A stretch of DNA of 60,817 bases, the filler included, from Dimargaris cristalligena (lineage: Eukaryota): the NCBI GenBank assembly GCA_003614675.1. It is 2 parts of 2 records of this genome, joined end to end, with 100 filler letters (N's around TTAATTAATTAA, not from the genome) between each part and the next. Parts side by side here need not be neighbours in the genome. Positions count along the whole stretch, not along the records: positions 1 to 30,371 come from ML002460.1; positions 30,472 to 60,817 come from ML002461.1. The stretch is one strand, 5' to 3'. Position 1 is the stretch's first letter. Every line of letters starts with the position of its first letter. The position numbers and the translations under genes were made by a program. The notes beneath the pieces were generated by a model. That model was not told the origin of the DNA. It searched no databases and was given only the letters and a program-made list of their open reading frames with translations. Of the stretch, positions 22,618 to 33,400 are shown one piece after another.

Positions 22618-23340
22618 ATGCGTTTCACTAGAACAGTCAGTCTGTTTTTCCTAGGCTCACTCGCTGTCAACCGGGCCTCCGAACAGGCTAACCATCCCAA
22701 TGATATCGACGAACTCCTTTCCGTCAGCAACCCCAGCAGTATCTGCGACGAAGAAGCTGCATACCTAACCAACGATCCTTTTTTCCATACTTGGTCAACG
22801 GATCAGAACCTAGTGTATATCAGTCAACTAAGTAGTACCCAGTTGGCCTACTACAATGCCTTTCTCGAACAAAACAAAAACAACGAGGGTGTTGAATCCG
22901 CACAAGCTAATGAACAACCGGCCACTATTGATCAGATCACCCCAGGATCCTCCGGGACTATCGGTTCATGTTCCCGCGCCGAAGCCAGTGGTTCCGGTTC
23001 GGGAAGTGGAAGTCTCCCCTCTCCAGCGACCCAGTCCTCCTCCACCCCAGTGGCAATGAAGACGTTCACCTTCAAAATAAGATATCCATACCTATCCAAT
23101 AGAGAAATGCAATACCGGGATTCGGGTTCTATGGAGAAACAATTTGGTTGTCCATTATGTCCCACCGATTTTACCCGTCCGAGTGACCTTGACCGCCACA
23201 TCCATATACACACAGGCGACAAAAACTTTCCCTGCCTTCGGTGTGGTAGAGAGTTCGCTCGTAAAGATGCCCGGAATAGACATACATCGAGCTCAAATTG
23301 CTCTAGTCAAGGTGCCGAAGGGCCCTCTAGCAACGAATGA
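22618..23340 (+). CDS. Putative secreted protein with two C-terminal C2H2/C2HC zinc fingers (240 aa)
   Basis: Signal-peptide-like MRFTRTVSLFFLGSLAVNRA. Shares EQPATI, EASGSGSGS and a terminal NC..QG..GPSSNE block with its paralogs. Fingers CPLC...RPSDLDRHIHIH-TGDKNF-PCLRC...RKDARNRHTSSSNC. TATAAAAA at 22427. Confidence 0.87.
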   Translation: MRFTRTVSLFFLGSLAVNRASEQANHPNDIDELLSVSNPSSICDEEAAYLTNDPFFHTWSTDQNLVYISQLSSTQLAYYNAFLEQNKNNEGVESAQANEQPATIDQITPGSSGTIGSCSRAEASGSGSGSGSLPSPATQSSSTPVAMKTFTFKIRYPYLSNREMQYRDSGSMEKQFGCPLCPTDFTRPSDLDRHIHIHTGDKNFPCLRCGREFARKDARNRHTSSSNCSSQGAEGPSSNE

Positions 23341-24650
23341 TTCCAACCACCGACAGGTTAATTCAGTTGAGCTACATGATTCACCCTTGTCATAGGCAAT
23401 CTCACCTCATTCCATTGGGGTAGTATGTTTGAACCGAGTTATTGTCATAAGACCATAAACTCTCTCGACCTCTTCCCTTTTCTAAAACCCAATTGCTCTG
23501 ACCCATTTCAGCAAATAGAGAATCGGATGGCTCATGAATATACAGAAGGAGAGATGAGCCAGCCCACTTCCATTGGTACTAAGTCAATATAATCCATTTA
23601 TACCGGACTAATTATCCCCAGGGATGAATGACCAAACCCCGTAGATTGCCAGTCGTTAGTCTGGATAAACAGTTATTTCAGCCTGCGAAGGACTGCAGTT
23701 ATATTTTTGCGTGTTAAGTGTTACCCCGCGGATTTAGCTATCGTTAAAAACCGCCCGAAACTAGTTGCTGGCTAGACCAAACAATGCAAATAGCGAGAAG
23801 CTCTGGATGCTTCACTGTACACACAGGCACTGTCTGGCGGAAAGTGAACACAGCTGTGGATGCCAGCCATGGTATAAAGGCACCTTCGAGTAGTTTCAAA
23901 CAGTACAGGGACGAAATAGTAATGCCAAATAGGGCTTTCATCCTCCAGATTTGGCAAAACGGACAAATTTTCCGATAGTTCTAAGTCAGTAGCCAAGTCC
24001 CTGGTTTGCTATATTTTTCATTACTGGCTTAATGGGTCATAGTTGATTACGGAAATCACTATAGCCGACATCTCTCGGGCAACAGTCCCCGTACGATCCC
24101 AATCTTATCAATGAACGAAAGTGGTTAATCATCTTCCGAATTCAACTATTCGATACCCTTATTCCATAGGCACCTACCCGGTACTCGCTTTATATATATT
24201 ACCATTTATGTATATCCTTTACTTTAGTCTTAGTTACCTTTATAATTCAATGCCACTGGTCTGCTCCTCCATATTAGGTTGTACTTATTTTTATCCGATA
24301 ACTCGTCGGTTACCTAGGCGTGCAATATACTCCCCTTAACTAGCCAGCTGACTTACTGTATATCCCAAGTCGATGGTACCATACATTTTATAAAGTGCCT
24401 TTAGCCGCACTATGTTATGGGCACCGTAATATATTGTTCCCAGGCGTAGACAATCCCAGTATTTACTGGAACTACGGCCTATGCCATATTAGTACGGTTC
24501 GTAATTACAAGAATATAGAAACGGATTAGCAAAAGTGGTATAGTGGGCCAATAGATTAATAGCCGTCCTATATTAGTACGTCCCGTGAAACACGAGTCAA
24601 TTAACTGGCAGGGGGGCGGGTGTAAAGCCAAAGGGAATAAGATGAAGCGA

Positions 24651-27101
24651 CTAGATAAACAAATAGGTGCGGTACATGCGCTCAATAGTTCGAATACGCT
24701 GCCTGCAGTCTAAGCGGGGGTCTTCCAAGTCGCGCACGTCCTCCAGGAAGCGTCGGCGCAAATTGGGGAGTTCCGGTCTGGCCGAGTCCCAGATCCAGCC
24801 CACCATGGGGATACCAAAAGGGGTTGCTGAACCGCCGTTGGGGAGTACTTGGGCCAGATGCCGTAGGCGGTGGGTCAAGCAGAGTAAGAAACCCTGAATC
24901 TCGTAGGGCAGAGTCAGCCCCGCGCAGAGTTTCGATTCTGATTCCAACTCCGCACCCAAAGTCGAAGTCGAACATTCGCCATCATGGAGGTTCAGCAGAC
25001 GCTCGATGGTCCGAAGCGTACCCCTAATTTCCACCCCGGTGCGCCGCCCGGTACCGCCCCGCCAACTGCTCCACAGGCGGCGGATTTGGAATCCCACCGC
25101 GGACATGACCACCAGGGCGGGGGCAACCGCCAGGAAAGCGAAATTAAGTTCGTTGGACTTGAGCAGTTTATCCAGGGAGGTCATGGCGAGTTGGAGGTCT
25201 ACTTTAGATTTCTGGACCTGGATCAGCAGGGTTTGGATCAAGTCTCCGAAAAGGGCCCCCCGGATCGGGGCCTGGAGGGCCGACTCGTAAGACCGGAGGA
25301 CTAAGCTGAGGTCGCCTTCGCGAACCTGGTCTACCAAATGCCGTGCTTGCTCCGATGACACGTCCATCCCTTGGTGCTGGTGGGCAAAGGTCACCACCAT
25401 TCGCTCCAGCGATTCGAGATCGGAGTGGAGCGACTCGGCACTGGCCAGGGCCAGGGTTTGGTCCTGGTGGCGGATTGTATGCCATACGTTCTGGAGCGGC
25501 TTGAGCACCCAGTGCTGAAGGTAGTCCCGTGCCGTTAGGCGGATTTCGTGAGCGATGCGCGTCAAATCACCCCGGTGGCCGTACAGCCAGCGGCCCGTAA
25601 GGTGAACCGCCAAACCAGTGGTAGCAACGGGGAGCCAATACCGGGTAAGCCAAGAGGGCGAATAGAGATGGGCTACTTCGGCCCGGGTTCGCAGCTGATA
25701 GGTGTCTAGCGCACTCTGGAGGGCCCTCAGGGAGTCTAGCATTATTGAAATGATAGGCGTCGGCCGTTCCGTTTCGGCTGACACATCCAGTCCGTTCAAA
25801 GTAGGGATCGATTGCAATGCCGACCGGGAGCCCACATTGGCGTTGAGATAATCGAGGGTGTTCCGCATAGCCAGGGTATGGTTCACCAGTCTTTGTTTGA
25901 TACTGAAGCCTTCCGCGGCGGTGGTCGAGGGTTGCAACGTAGGTCCCAATCGAGAATTAGCACTCGACATAAATTGACCCATGGAAACCGAAAGGTAACT
26001 TTGGATGGCCAGGAGTTGGTTTCGCTTTTGACGGATTTCCTGTCGTGCCAGATGGAGAAGCAACGATGGTGTCAAAGGAAACGGATGTGTAGTCAAATGC
26101 GAAGACTTAGCGACGTCGCCGGAAATATGCCGGTGGAAGAGATCGGGGAACAGTGAAGTCGACCAGTGGATGGAACCACTGGCAATATTATTGATACTGC
26201 TGTCGGATGCCGATGCATTCTGGACGGAAGGTGATATGAGCCATGGGGCGAAAAGAGGACGTCCATGGAATTGGAGCAGGGTATGGGCCCAATTGTAAAG
26301 CCGTGCTGGTCCAGTGGCCAGTAGATACCCGCCAATCTGGCGGGCCCCACCGTCCTGCGCCTCCCAGAAATCGATTTCCTGCATTAAGGGTAAAGTGGCA
26401 TCCAAGAGCTGCCTCATAATCGTGGCATAGAAGCCCACCGCAATCCGGCCCGCAAGCCACCACTGGTACAACTCCAACTCACCGTCGGCATCCACACTAC
26501 TAGTGGGTAAGTCATGGCTTTCCCTGTCGAGAGCAATGGTATCGGAGTCAGCGAAGGCGATGGGCGGCTGTTCACTCGACGATCGGTTAAGGTAGCTCCA
26601 CTCCCCGTGCCATTCCGTAAGATCCCGTAAATCACACAGCAGTTCGGTATATTGGGGCAATTTAGTCCGGGTCGCCGCATTGGATAAGGCTGAGGCCGAT
26701 TCCATGAATAGCTGAGCAATACTAACCGAAGCCAGTCGCCCTCCCGTGACTGAACCAGTCGGGGCGCTAGCGGCCTGCAAATCCCCTCCTTTAGGTTCGT
26801 CGAGGGAAAGCCCGTCACTGAGGTTAATTTTGGTGCGAACCCAATCCTGAAGCTTCTGGGCCAATTCGAGTTTGCGCGGGAGATTTGGGGAGTGAACGTC
26901 AGCCGTGGCACCGAGGGGACCGGTCACTAATTGAGTTAGCCGTGCTGACGAACTATCGAATAGCCGTAGGGCCGGTGGTGTCGGGGAGGTTGAGCGGTCG
27001 TTCCCCGCCGTGGGGTTCCGATCCGTGGATCCCAGCTGGTCCATGAACTGCCGGTCAAGAGACCGCAGCAGGGTCGCGTATTGCTCGTCAACGAATGACA
27101 T
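24651..27101 (-). CDS. NCA2: NCA2 family protein (nuclear control of ATP synthase)
   Basis: 816-aa ORF with NCA2-type segments RYWLP, SLHSDLESLERMV and LLIQVQKSKVDLQLAMTSLDKLLKSNELNFAFLAVAP. Confidence 0.88.
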   Translation of the reverse strand: MSFVDEQYATLLRSLDRQFMDQLGSTDRNPTAGNDRSTSPTPPALRLFDSSSARLTQLVTGPLGATADVHSPNLPRKLELAQKLQDWVRTKINLSDGLSLDEPKGGDLQAASAPTGSVTGGRLASVSIAQLFMESASALSNAATRTKLPQYTELLCDLRDLTEWHGEWSYLNRSSSEQPPIAFADSDTIALDRESHDLPTSSVDADGELELYQWWLAGRIAVGFYATIMRQLLDATLPLMQEIDFWEAQDGGARQIGGYLLATGPARLYNWAHTLLQFHGRPLFAPWLISPSVQNASASDSSINNIASGSIHWSTSLFPDLFHRHISGDVAKSSHLTTHPFPLTPSLLLHLARQEIRQKRNQLLAIQSYLSVSMGQFMSSANSRLGPTLQPSTTAAEGFSIKQRLVNHTLAMRNTLDYLNANVGSRSALQSIPTLNGLDVSAETERPTPIISIMLDSLRALQSALDTYQLRTRAEVAHLYSPSWLTRYWLPVATTGLAVHLTGRWLYGHRGDLTRIAHEIRLTARDYLQHWVLKPLQNVWHTIRHQDQTLALASAESLHSDLESLERMVVTFAHQHQGMDVSSEQARHLVDQVREGDLSLVLRSYESALQAPIRGALFGDLIQTLLIQVQKSKVDLQLAMTSLDKLLKSNELNFAFLAVAPALVVMSAVGFQIRRLWSSWRGGTGRRTGVEIRGTLRTIERLLNLHDGECSTSTLGAELESESKLCAGLTLPYEIQGFLLCLTHRLRHLAQVLPNGGSATPFGIPMVGWIWDSARPELPNLRRRFLEDVRDLEDPRLDCRQRIRTIERMYRTYLFI

Positions 27102-27940
27102 GGGTACGATTCAATAACATACGGAATGAGCGGAAAGGATGTAAATGTCGAATTGGAATTGAATTGAAAGTGCCACAAATGGGGGTTTAATTAGAATCTC
27201 CCTGAACGTTTTTGTAAGTATAGGGGCGGTGGGGCAACAAAAGTAACCCCACAGCGTGGTTCAAATAAAAGGTGCTATAATTCGAACTAAGCTGCTGGCT
27301 GCGGCAGCCTGCTCCCATTTCGTTAAAATACTAGACCGTCACAGTATAGTAATGGTTTCGGTTAACTATGCCACTGATTAATAGATTCTAAAAATAGGCC
27401 ATGGGTTTTTAATAAAGGTGGGGTTCAATATGGCTGCGGGAAAGTGAGTGGTATTTATATATTAATTTAGCTAACATTAACCATCGTATCAAGGGGACTT
27501 CATAATGTATAACAAGTTTGAACCTCCTCCAAATGCACATCTTGGCGAGCACAGGGGGTACAGCAGGAGGGATAAACGACAAATCGAATATGCTCTCCAA
27601 TATTTTGAGGACGGCTGGTCAAACCTTCAATGCCAATCCCGCAGCAAATTATGTTTGGAAATAACTGCGGTAAAGACTACTCCACATTATTACCCATAGC
27701 TTGTTTAGGCAATACCGCCCCCGTCCATCTAACTGGTGCATATTCGATTAGTTGGTTTGAGGCGCCGTTTAACAGTCCCGTAGCGGATATCCTCAAATTG
27801 AGTAACCTCCAACGATTTTATTAATTGACTAGTATTTCACGATATTGCAGGTGAAACGAAAGCGGTTTCTGAGCAATGGGAGAAATCGCTTAACGAGGAG
27901 TAAATGTCAGAAATATTAAAAGAAACCAGTCGCTGACTAG

Positions 27941-28885
27941 TTACTGGGCTCGAATGACCTTGTTATCCGAAAGTACACGCACAATCGTACCCAAGCCCCC
28001 GACCTCGATCACCTAGATATAAAGAGTAAATTAAACGCATTTTCGATCCAAGATCTACTCAGTTAGCCATGTGTTTTGGTAAAATACCCAATGCAGACAT
28101 TGCGTATAACCAGAGTTCGCCTGGGATATAAGACAAGGCAACTCAGACTGATGCCAACGGAACCCAGATCCTTAGAAACAGAGGAGTTGGAATGTCTCTG
28201 AATTTTTAATAGTGAAATTTCTAACAATTACCTTTTCGTGCCAGCTAAGCAGCACACCACAGTTATAAGTGGCGGGGTGGGCAAGGCCGTGGTAAATATA
28301 TTTGGCCAGAGTATCAATCTCCTGCGGGGAAAGGGTCTTGATGATGGAAGAAATATCGGACGACTTGACGGAGTTCAGCACATCCATAACGACTTGGCCA
28401 TTCAGTTTCTAACGAGTCGCCGATAAATGGAGGGCGGTAATATAAAAAGTACAGTCGTATCAGGAGAGGGCATATCATATTGGAAATATTAGTTGGTGCC
28501 ATTGGACTATGGTCGCACAACGCTAGTGAAGGCAACAAGCGACCTAGGGTAGTTCATTTCAATTTAAAATGCGCCTATAATAGGCGAGCTGGGCTCGAGA
28601 GCTGACATTGTCAGTCCATAAGTAAGCCCCGCTGTGGCCAGTAAGGTGTATTTAATAGTAGGGACGTACCTGAGCACCGTGGAATTGCTTGCCGTATGGG
28701 GGATCGCTCAGGGCAATGTGGAGGGCCTCTTCGCTGTTACCACGCGATAGAGCCGTGCGGACGGACCCAGCCTTGGTCTGGACCTGGGCCTCCACCTCCT
28801 CGGCCGTCTTGGTGGTTAGCGCTTCAAACTCATCTACGTACCGGTCGTCATTGAGGGCGTCGATGTCGATTTGGCGATGGGACAT
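27941..28885 (-). CDS. ARC15: Arp2/3 complex subunit 5 (p16/Arc15), 3 exons: 28885-28670, 28408-28232, 28012-27941
   Basis: MSHRQIDIDAL...ALSDPPYG, DTLAKYIYHGL...VLLSWHEK and VIEVGGLGTIVRVLSD are joined in frame by GT-AG introns 28409-28669 and 28013-28231. Confidence 0.93.
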
Positions 28886-29442
28886 GGTGATGTAAGAGGG
28901 AATTGCAAGTAAACAGACCCCTATAGACTAAAGTAGCGAAAAGTTATAATGTGGAAAAGCTAAGAGATGATAAGTATGACAAATCCAAGCAGTGGAATAG
29001 GAGACCGCCAGGTGTGGGGTAGTACCTCATGGGCTTGACAGTGGCACGCGGAATCCCCCTGGTACCCTCCCACTGCCAAGTCCAACCAAAGGCTCATTTG
29101 ACCAAGGCTGGTCAATATGGGAATAAACGGGTCGTATTCGTATACCTCTTACCCCAGCGGGTCAGTCTAGATTCAAACACAGTGTTAATGGCATCACACC
29201 TTCCTCTCTCTAAATACCTTGCCCTCCCCCATTAAATTCCTTCAAAAATATACATCACAAAAAGTAAACCTGATTTATTGGAATGACACCATGGAAAGTA
29301 TGTTGGTGGGTATGCGTAATGCTAAAAAAAAAGTACAGTGGGTGGGAGTAGGGGGGAATTGGTGGTTCTATATCAGAGTAAAATACACCAGTGGTATAGA
29401 GAACTAAGTTAGCAGTGAATATTGTACATTTATGCCAACTAT

Positions 29443-29649
29443 TCAAATGATGGGGCTATAGATATCAACTATGCTGTTGAAGGCCCTTCCATCAGCACCA
29501 GTTGGGACATTGGTCAGGATGCCTTTCCCTGAAGCATGAATAGAGTCATGGAGAAGGAGGGTGGGATGGCAGGGAACCCAAGAGTTGGCCATGGTTAACA
29601 TCAGGCCTAACCCAGCAAACATGGCAATGAGAAGCTGAACTTTTAACAT
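29443..29649 (-). CDS. Possible small secreted protein, or eroded pseudogene, in a CpG-depleted tract
   Basis: ATG 29649 gives the signal-like MLKVQLLIAMFAGLGLMLTMA followed by ~47 aa; no recognisable domain. Confidence 0.4.
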   Translation of the reverse strand: MLKVQLLIAMFAGLGLMLTMANSWVPCHPTLLLHDSIHASGKGILTNVPTGADGRAFNSIVDIYSPII

Positions 29650-30371
29650 GATAAATAATAAATGAAATATATGGAAGTGTAGGGGTGGGATATAAATAGA
29701 TTTGTAATGAAATGGACAAACCTCACAGTGAAAATGAAGATTGCAGGTTAACATGTAATGCAAATGGGCTGAGACAGTGGGGTGGGTGCCCTGGACTATT
29801 TATAATTGTGCCCAGAAAATTTGCCCACCAGTAGCCCTGGGAAAGTGACCCAATGCAATACTGACTCCCTCAAGTTTAGTGAGTGCCAGCCACATTTGAG
29901 AGGACAGAGGGACCTTCTTCACTTTGTACAATAGTATTAAATGAAAAGATATAAAGGAATTTGGAGATAACACTAGGGTTATTATTTTGCTAGATTGGCT
30001 TAAGGCAACCCTGCAATCATCAATACATGGAGAAAGTACTGTAGCTGTCCAAGTACTCTGGCCCCTTAGACCCACTGCAGTACACCCCATATACCTTAAA
30101 GGCCCAAGCACATTCTTAATTCATCAACTATGGGTTAAATAAGTAATATGTCAGTATTATCACTATGGTGAACTTACCACATTTTTTACCTACTTTTATT
30201 TTTAATCCATTTTTGGCACTTATCGGAAGTACACCCCTGATGAGTGAATGAGCCCTTGCCCCTGACGAGTATGGTCATTTTTCCTCCATTTTCATTATTA
30301 TATTGTTTTTCCTATTATTATATTTTATACCCTTGACTGTGATGCACCCCTGCCCCTGACTGGATGATACC

Positions 30372-30471
30372 NNNNNNNNNNNNNNNNNNNNNNNNNNNNN
30401 NNNNNNNNNNNNNNNTTAATTAATTAANNNNNNNNNNNNNNNNNNNNNNNNNNNNNNNNNNNNNNNNNNNN
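30372..30471. other. Assembly gap/contig linker (N run + TTAATTAATTAA + N run)
   Basis: TTAATTAATTAA at 30416-30427 puts stops in all six frames and is flanked symmetrically by Ns. Confidence 0.97.
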
Positions 30472-33400
30472 CTTGGTAGCTGGGGCGGACTTGCTCCTCC
30501 AAAGGCGACGGTTGCATCGCATTGATCTGAACTTGGGCTTGGGCAAACTCGCGAATCGAGGCTTCAAATCGACCCGAGGTATTTCTCAGCGCCATCAGAA
30601 GACGGATTAGCTCGGGTACCAAGGTATAACTGGCGGCCGCTGTAACCCGCTGTACGTTTTCGAGAGCAGTGGGGTCCGAGCGGTGAGTGGAAAGTTGTAG
30701 AAACAGGAGGCGAATGCTCTGTAAAGCCCCCGTGACCACCTTGAAGTGCTTACCCTGCAAGGCCGCTGCAACATCCTGGAAATAGCCCAACAAATGATCG
30801 TTAGGGATACGAATACCCCGGAGCGAACTGCAAAGCAGGGCCGCAAACGAAAACCCCTGGGAACATTTGAGTAGGTCCGGATAGGTCCATTCATTTTTCA
30901 TCTGGCAACAACGGCCCATCACAGCATCTAGGGCCTCCACCACAGCAGCGGTTAGCGTTTGTTCGGCGGGTTCCCCGGAGGTTGCGGTGACCATGGGGGT
31001 GTAATCAATGACTAGCCACGATCGAAGCACCCGAAGAACTAGGCCAGTATTACGACCCTGTAAGGGACTCTCGGCCACTAGGGTTGTTAGTAAATGGAGA
31101 CCCATTGCAGCAATCTCAGCCGCCAATACGGGTGGCAGTAGGGTACAAGTCATAATCAGCTGGGAGAAGCGCTCCAACGTACTGCACACCAGCTGAAGCT
31201 CGGGGGCCTCGCATTTATCCATTGTGAGGGGAATCCGAGCCACTGAGGCCCGAGTATGCTTATGCACATTGAGTAGCAGCGCCAACACCTGCCAGAGACG
31301 ACAGTCAGGGGGTAACTGAGTGACATGATCAATGCGAGTAACAATATGGGGGCGCAGGTCAATAACATCATCGGAAATCATGTGCACGGGTGGGACTGAA
31401 AGAACTGCGTCGGCGAGTAGGGTGTTATGGGTCAGGGAAACCACCTGGTGTACCAGGTCCACGATGGCCTGACGAATCACTGTCGATTCCAATTGAACCA
31501 TGCGATCCAGGACACACCACAGCTCAGTGAAGATGGGCTGGTCCTCCAGGGCAGTCAGAGCAAACGGGGCTTCGTCGGAGGACTGCGTGCGGAGCAGGGG
31601 GTTAGCGGCCGCAATTTCGACGCTGGTTGAACACGGAACCTGCAGAGTGGCGCCCAAGGTGCGCAGGCAAGTGGACATGGCATCGGCGTGTTCTAGGGTT
31701 TTGGGGGCCGTGTAAAGATACTGGACGCACAGGCCGTAGACAATGTACTCGGCCCGGGGGAACGGCGGGGAAGTCGGCGACCATGTAGTTTCGGTAACTG
31801 AAGTGGCCCCTCCAAGACGGTGGTCATGGCGACTGTTAAACTCGGTCAAGGTGGCCAGCATTACGGGCTGCCGATGAGCGAGCAGCTGGCCAACTGCGTC
31901 CAGGACTCGCACCCACTCCAGCTGAAAGAAGTGGGCCAAGATATTGCGTGTGGCGGCAGCGTAGGTGGGCTCCAGGCCAAGCGACAAGCCCATCTCCGGC
32001 GAGTCTCCCTCCTCGGGGTCCCCAGTGCTGCAGTGAAGTAGCACTTGGGACTTGGACCGAGCTACGGAACTTGATGCAAAATTATGGGATGCGGCCACTT
32101 CGTCAATTGGAGAGGGGGGCTCGGATCGACTGGCCAAATCGACCAGTGAAGTATTACCTGGACCATTGAAGGCCTGCGATACAGCACCCGTCAAGGTAAA
32201 AAATACCGAATTGAGCTGGATAAGAATCGAATCTTTGAGGGTATCGATCCAGGACCGACACAAGTGAGCCAAGTGTGGTTCCAACAAGGGGAGCAGGTAG
32301 GACGCGGGGCCCTGTGACGCAATATACATATCAGCCCAGGCTCGCAGCAAGGCCAAACGTAAAATGACCGTGACATGGGGGTTAAGGAAATCAGTAATGG
32401 TTCCCTCCGTAGCACTGGACCGGAACGAAATTGCACGCTCGCGCGAGAGGGGAGTGGCCACCACAGACGACCGACGCCGGCTACGGGACAGCGGACTCGC
32501 ACTACCCTCAAGGGGAGATAGGCAAGCACTTGAATTAACGACCGATATACCATCATTATGTAGAGGAAGTATGAGGGGTTTGAGGATTCGCTGTAGGGTA
32601 AGCGGATCTCTTGTAATCCCGCTACCCGCAAAGACGGCCCCTAGCTTGATGGCTAGTACCTGAATCGATGGCGAATAGTCCGTTCCGAGACCGCCCACAC
32701 TTCCGGAGCCACTCGCGAGTCCGGCCCGAGGATCCGATACTCGGATACTCGCGGTGGCAGAGGCAGGCATCTGCAATGTTCCTGCCAGTGCCGGTGCAAA
32801 AGCAGCCGTGATTTGGGCCTGGTACTGCTCCAACATGGAAGCCCCGGGGAAGTCAGGGTCGTCGTAGCCAGCGAACAACTGGATAACCATTTGAAGGAGA
32901 CCGAGACCCTCGGCTTGGAGAGTCTCGTGGTGGCAGGTAGCGGCGATAAAGGCGATCCGAATCAGATCGGCCACGTGAGTGGCAAAGGGCAGCAGGCGGG
33001 CGGGGATGGTTGGGCCTTTGGGTCCATAGTCGTCTTCAAAAGAAGTGGGTAAGGGCATTGATGATGGACTTTGGGTAGGCGGCTGCACCAACTGAAGCTG
33101 GCTCAGGAGGAGGAAGCGAAGGCAACGCAATGATAGGGCCCGGGTAGGTGTACTGAAAGTGGCCGGCAGACCGGCTTTGCTCACAGTCGAGGCTGAAGAA
33201 TTGATCCCCTCCATCGGCACAAACGAAGCCCCCTCTTCATCCAAAGCGGCTGACTCGCCGACGGCGGCCGGCTCTTGGGCCAAGGAGTCCCCCCGCTCGC
33301 GGAATCGCGTGAAAATCCCACGCAGCATCTGAGTAAGAGGGACGAGTTGGTCACTTTCAATCTGTTCCAGAAGACTCCGAAGGATCCGCACGGTATCGCC

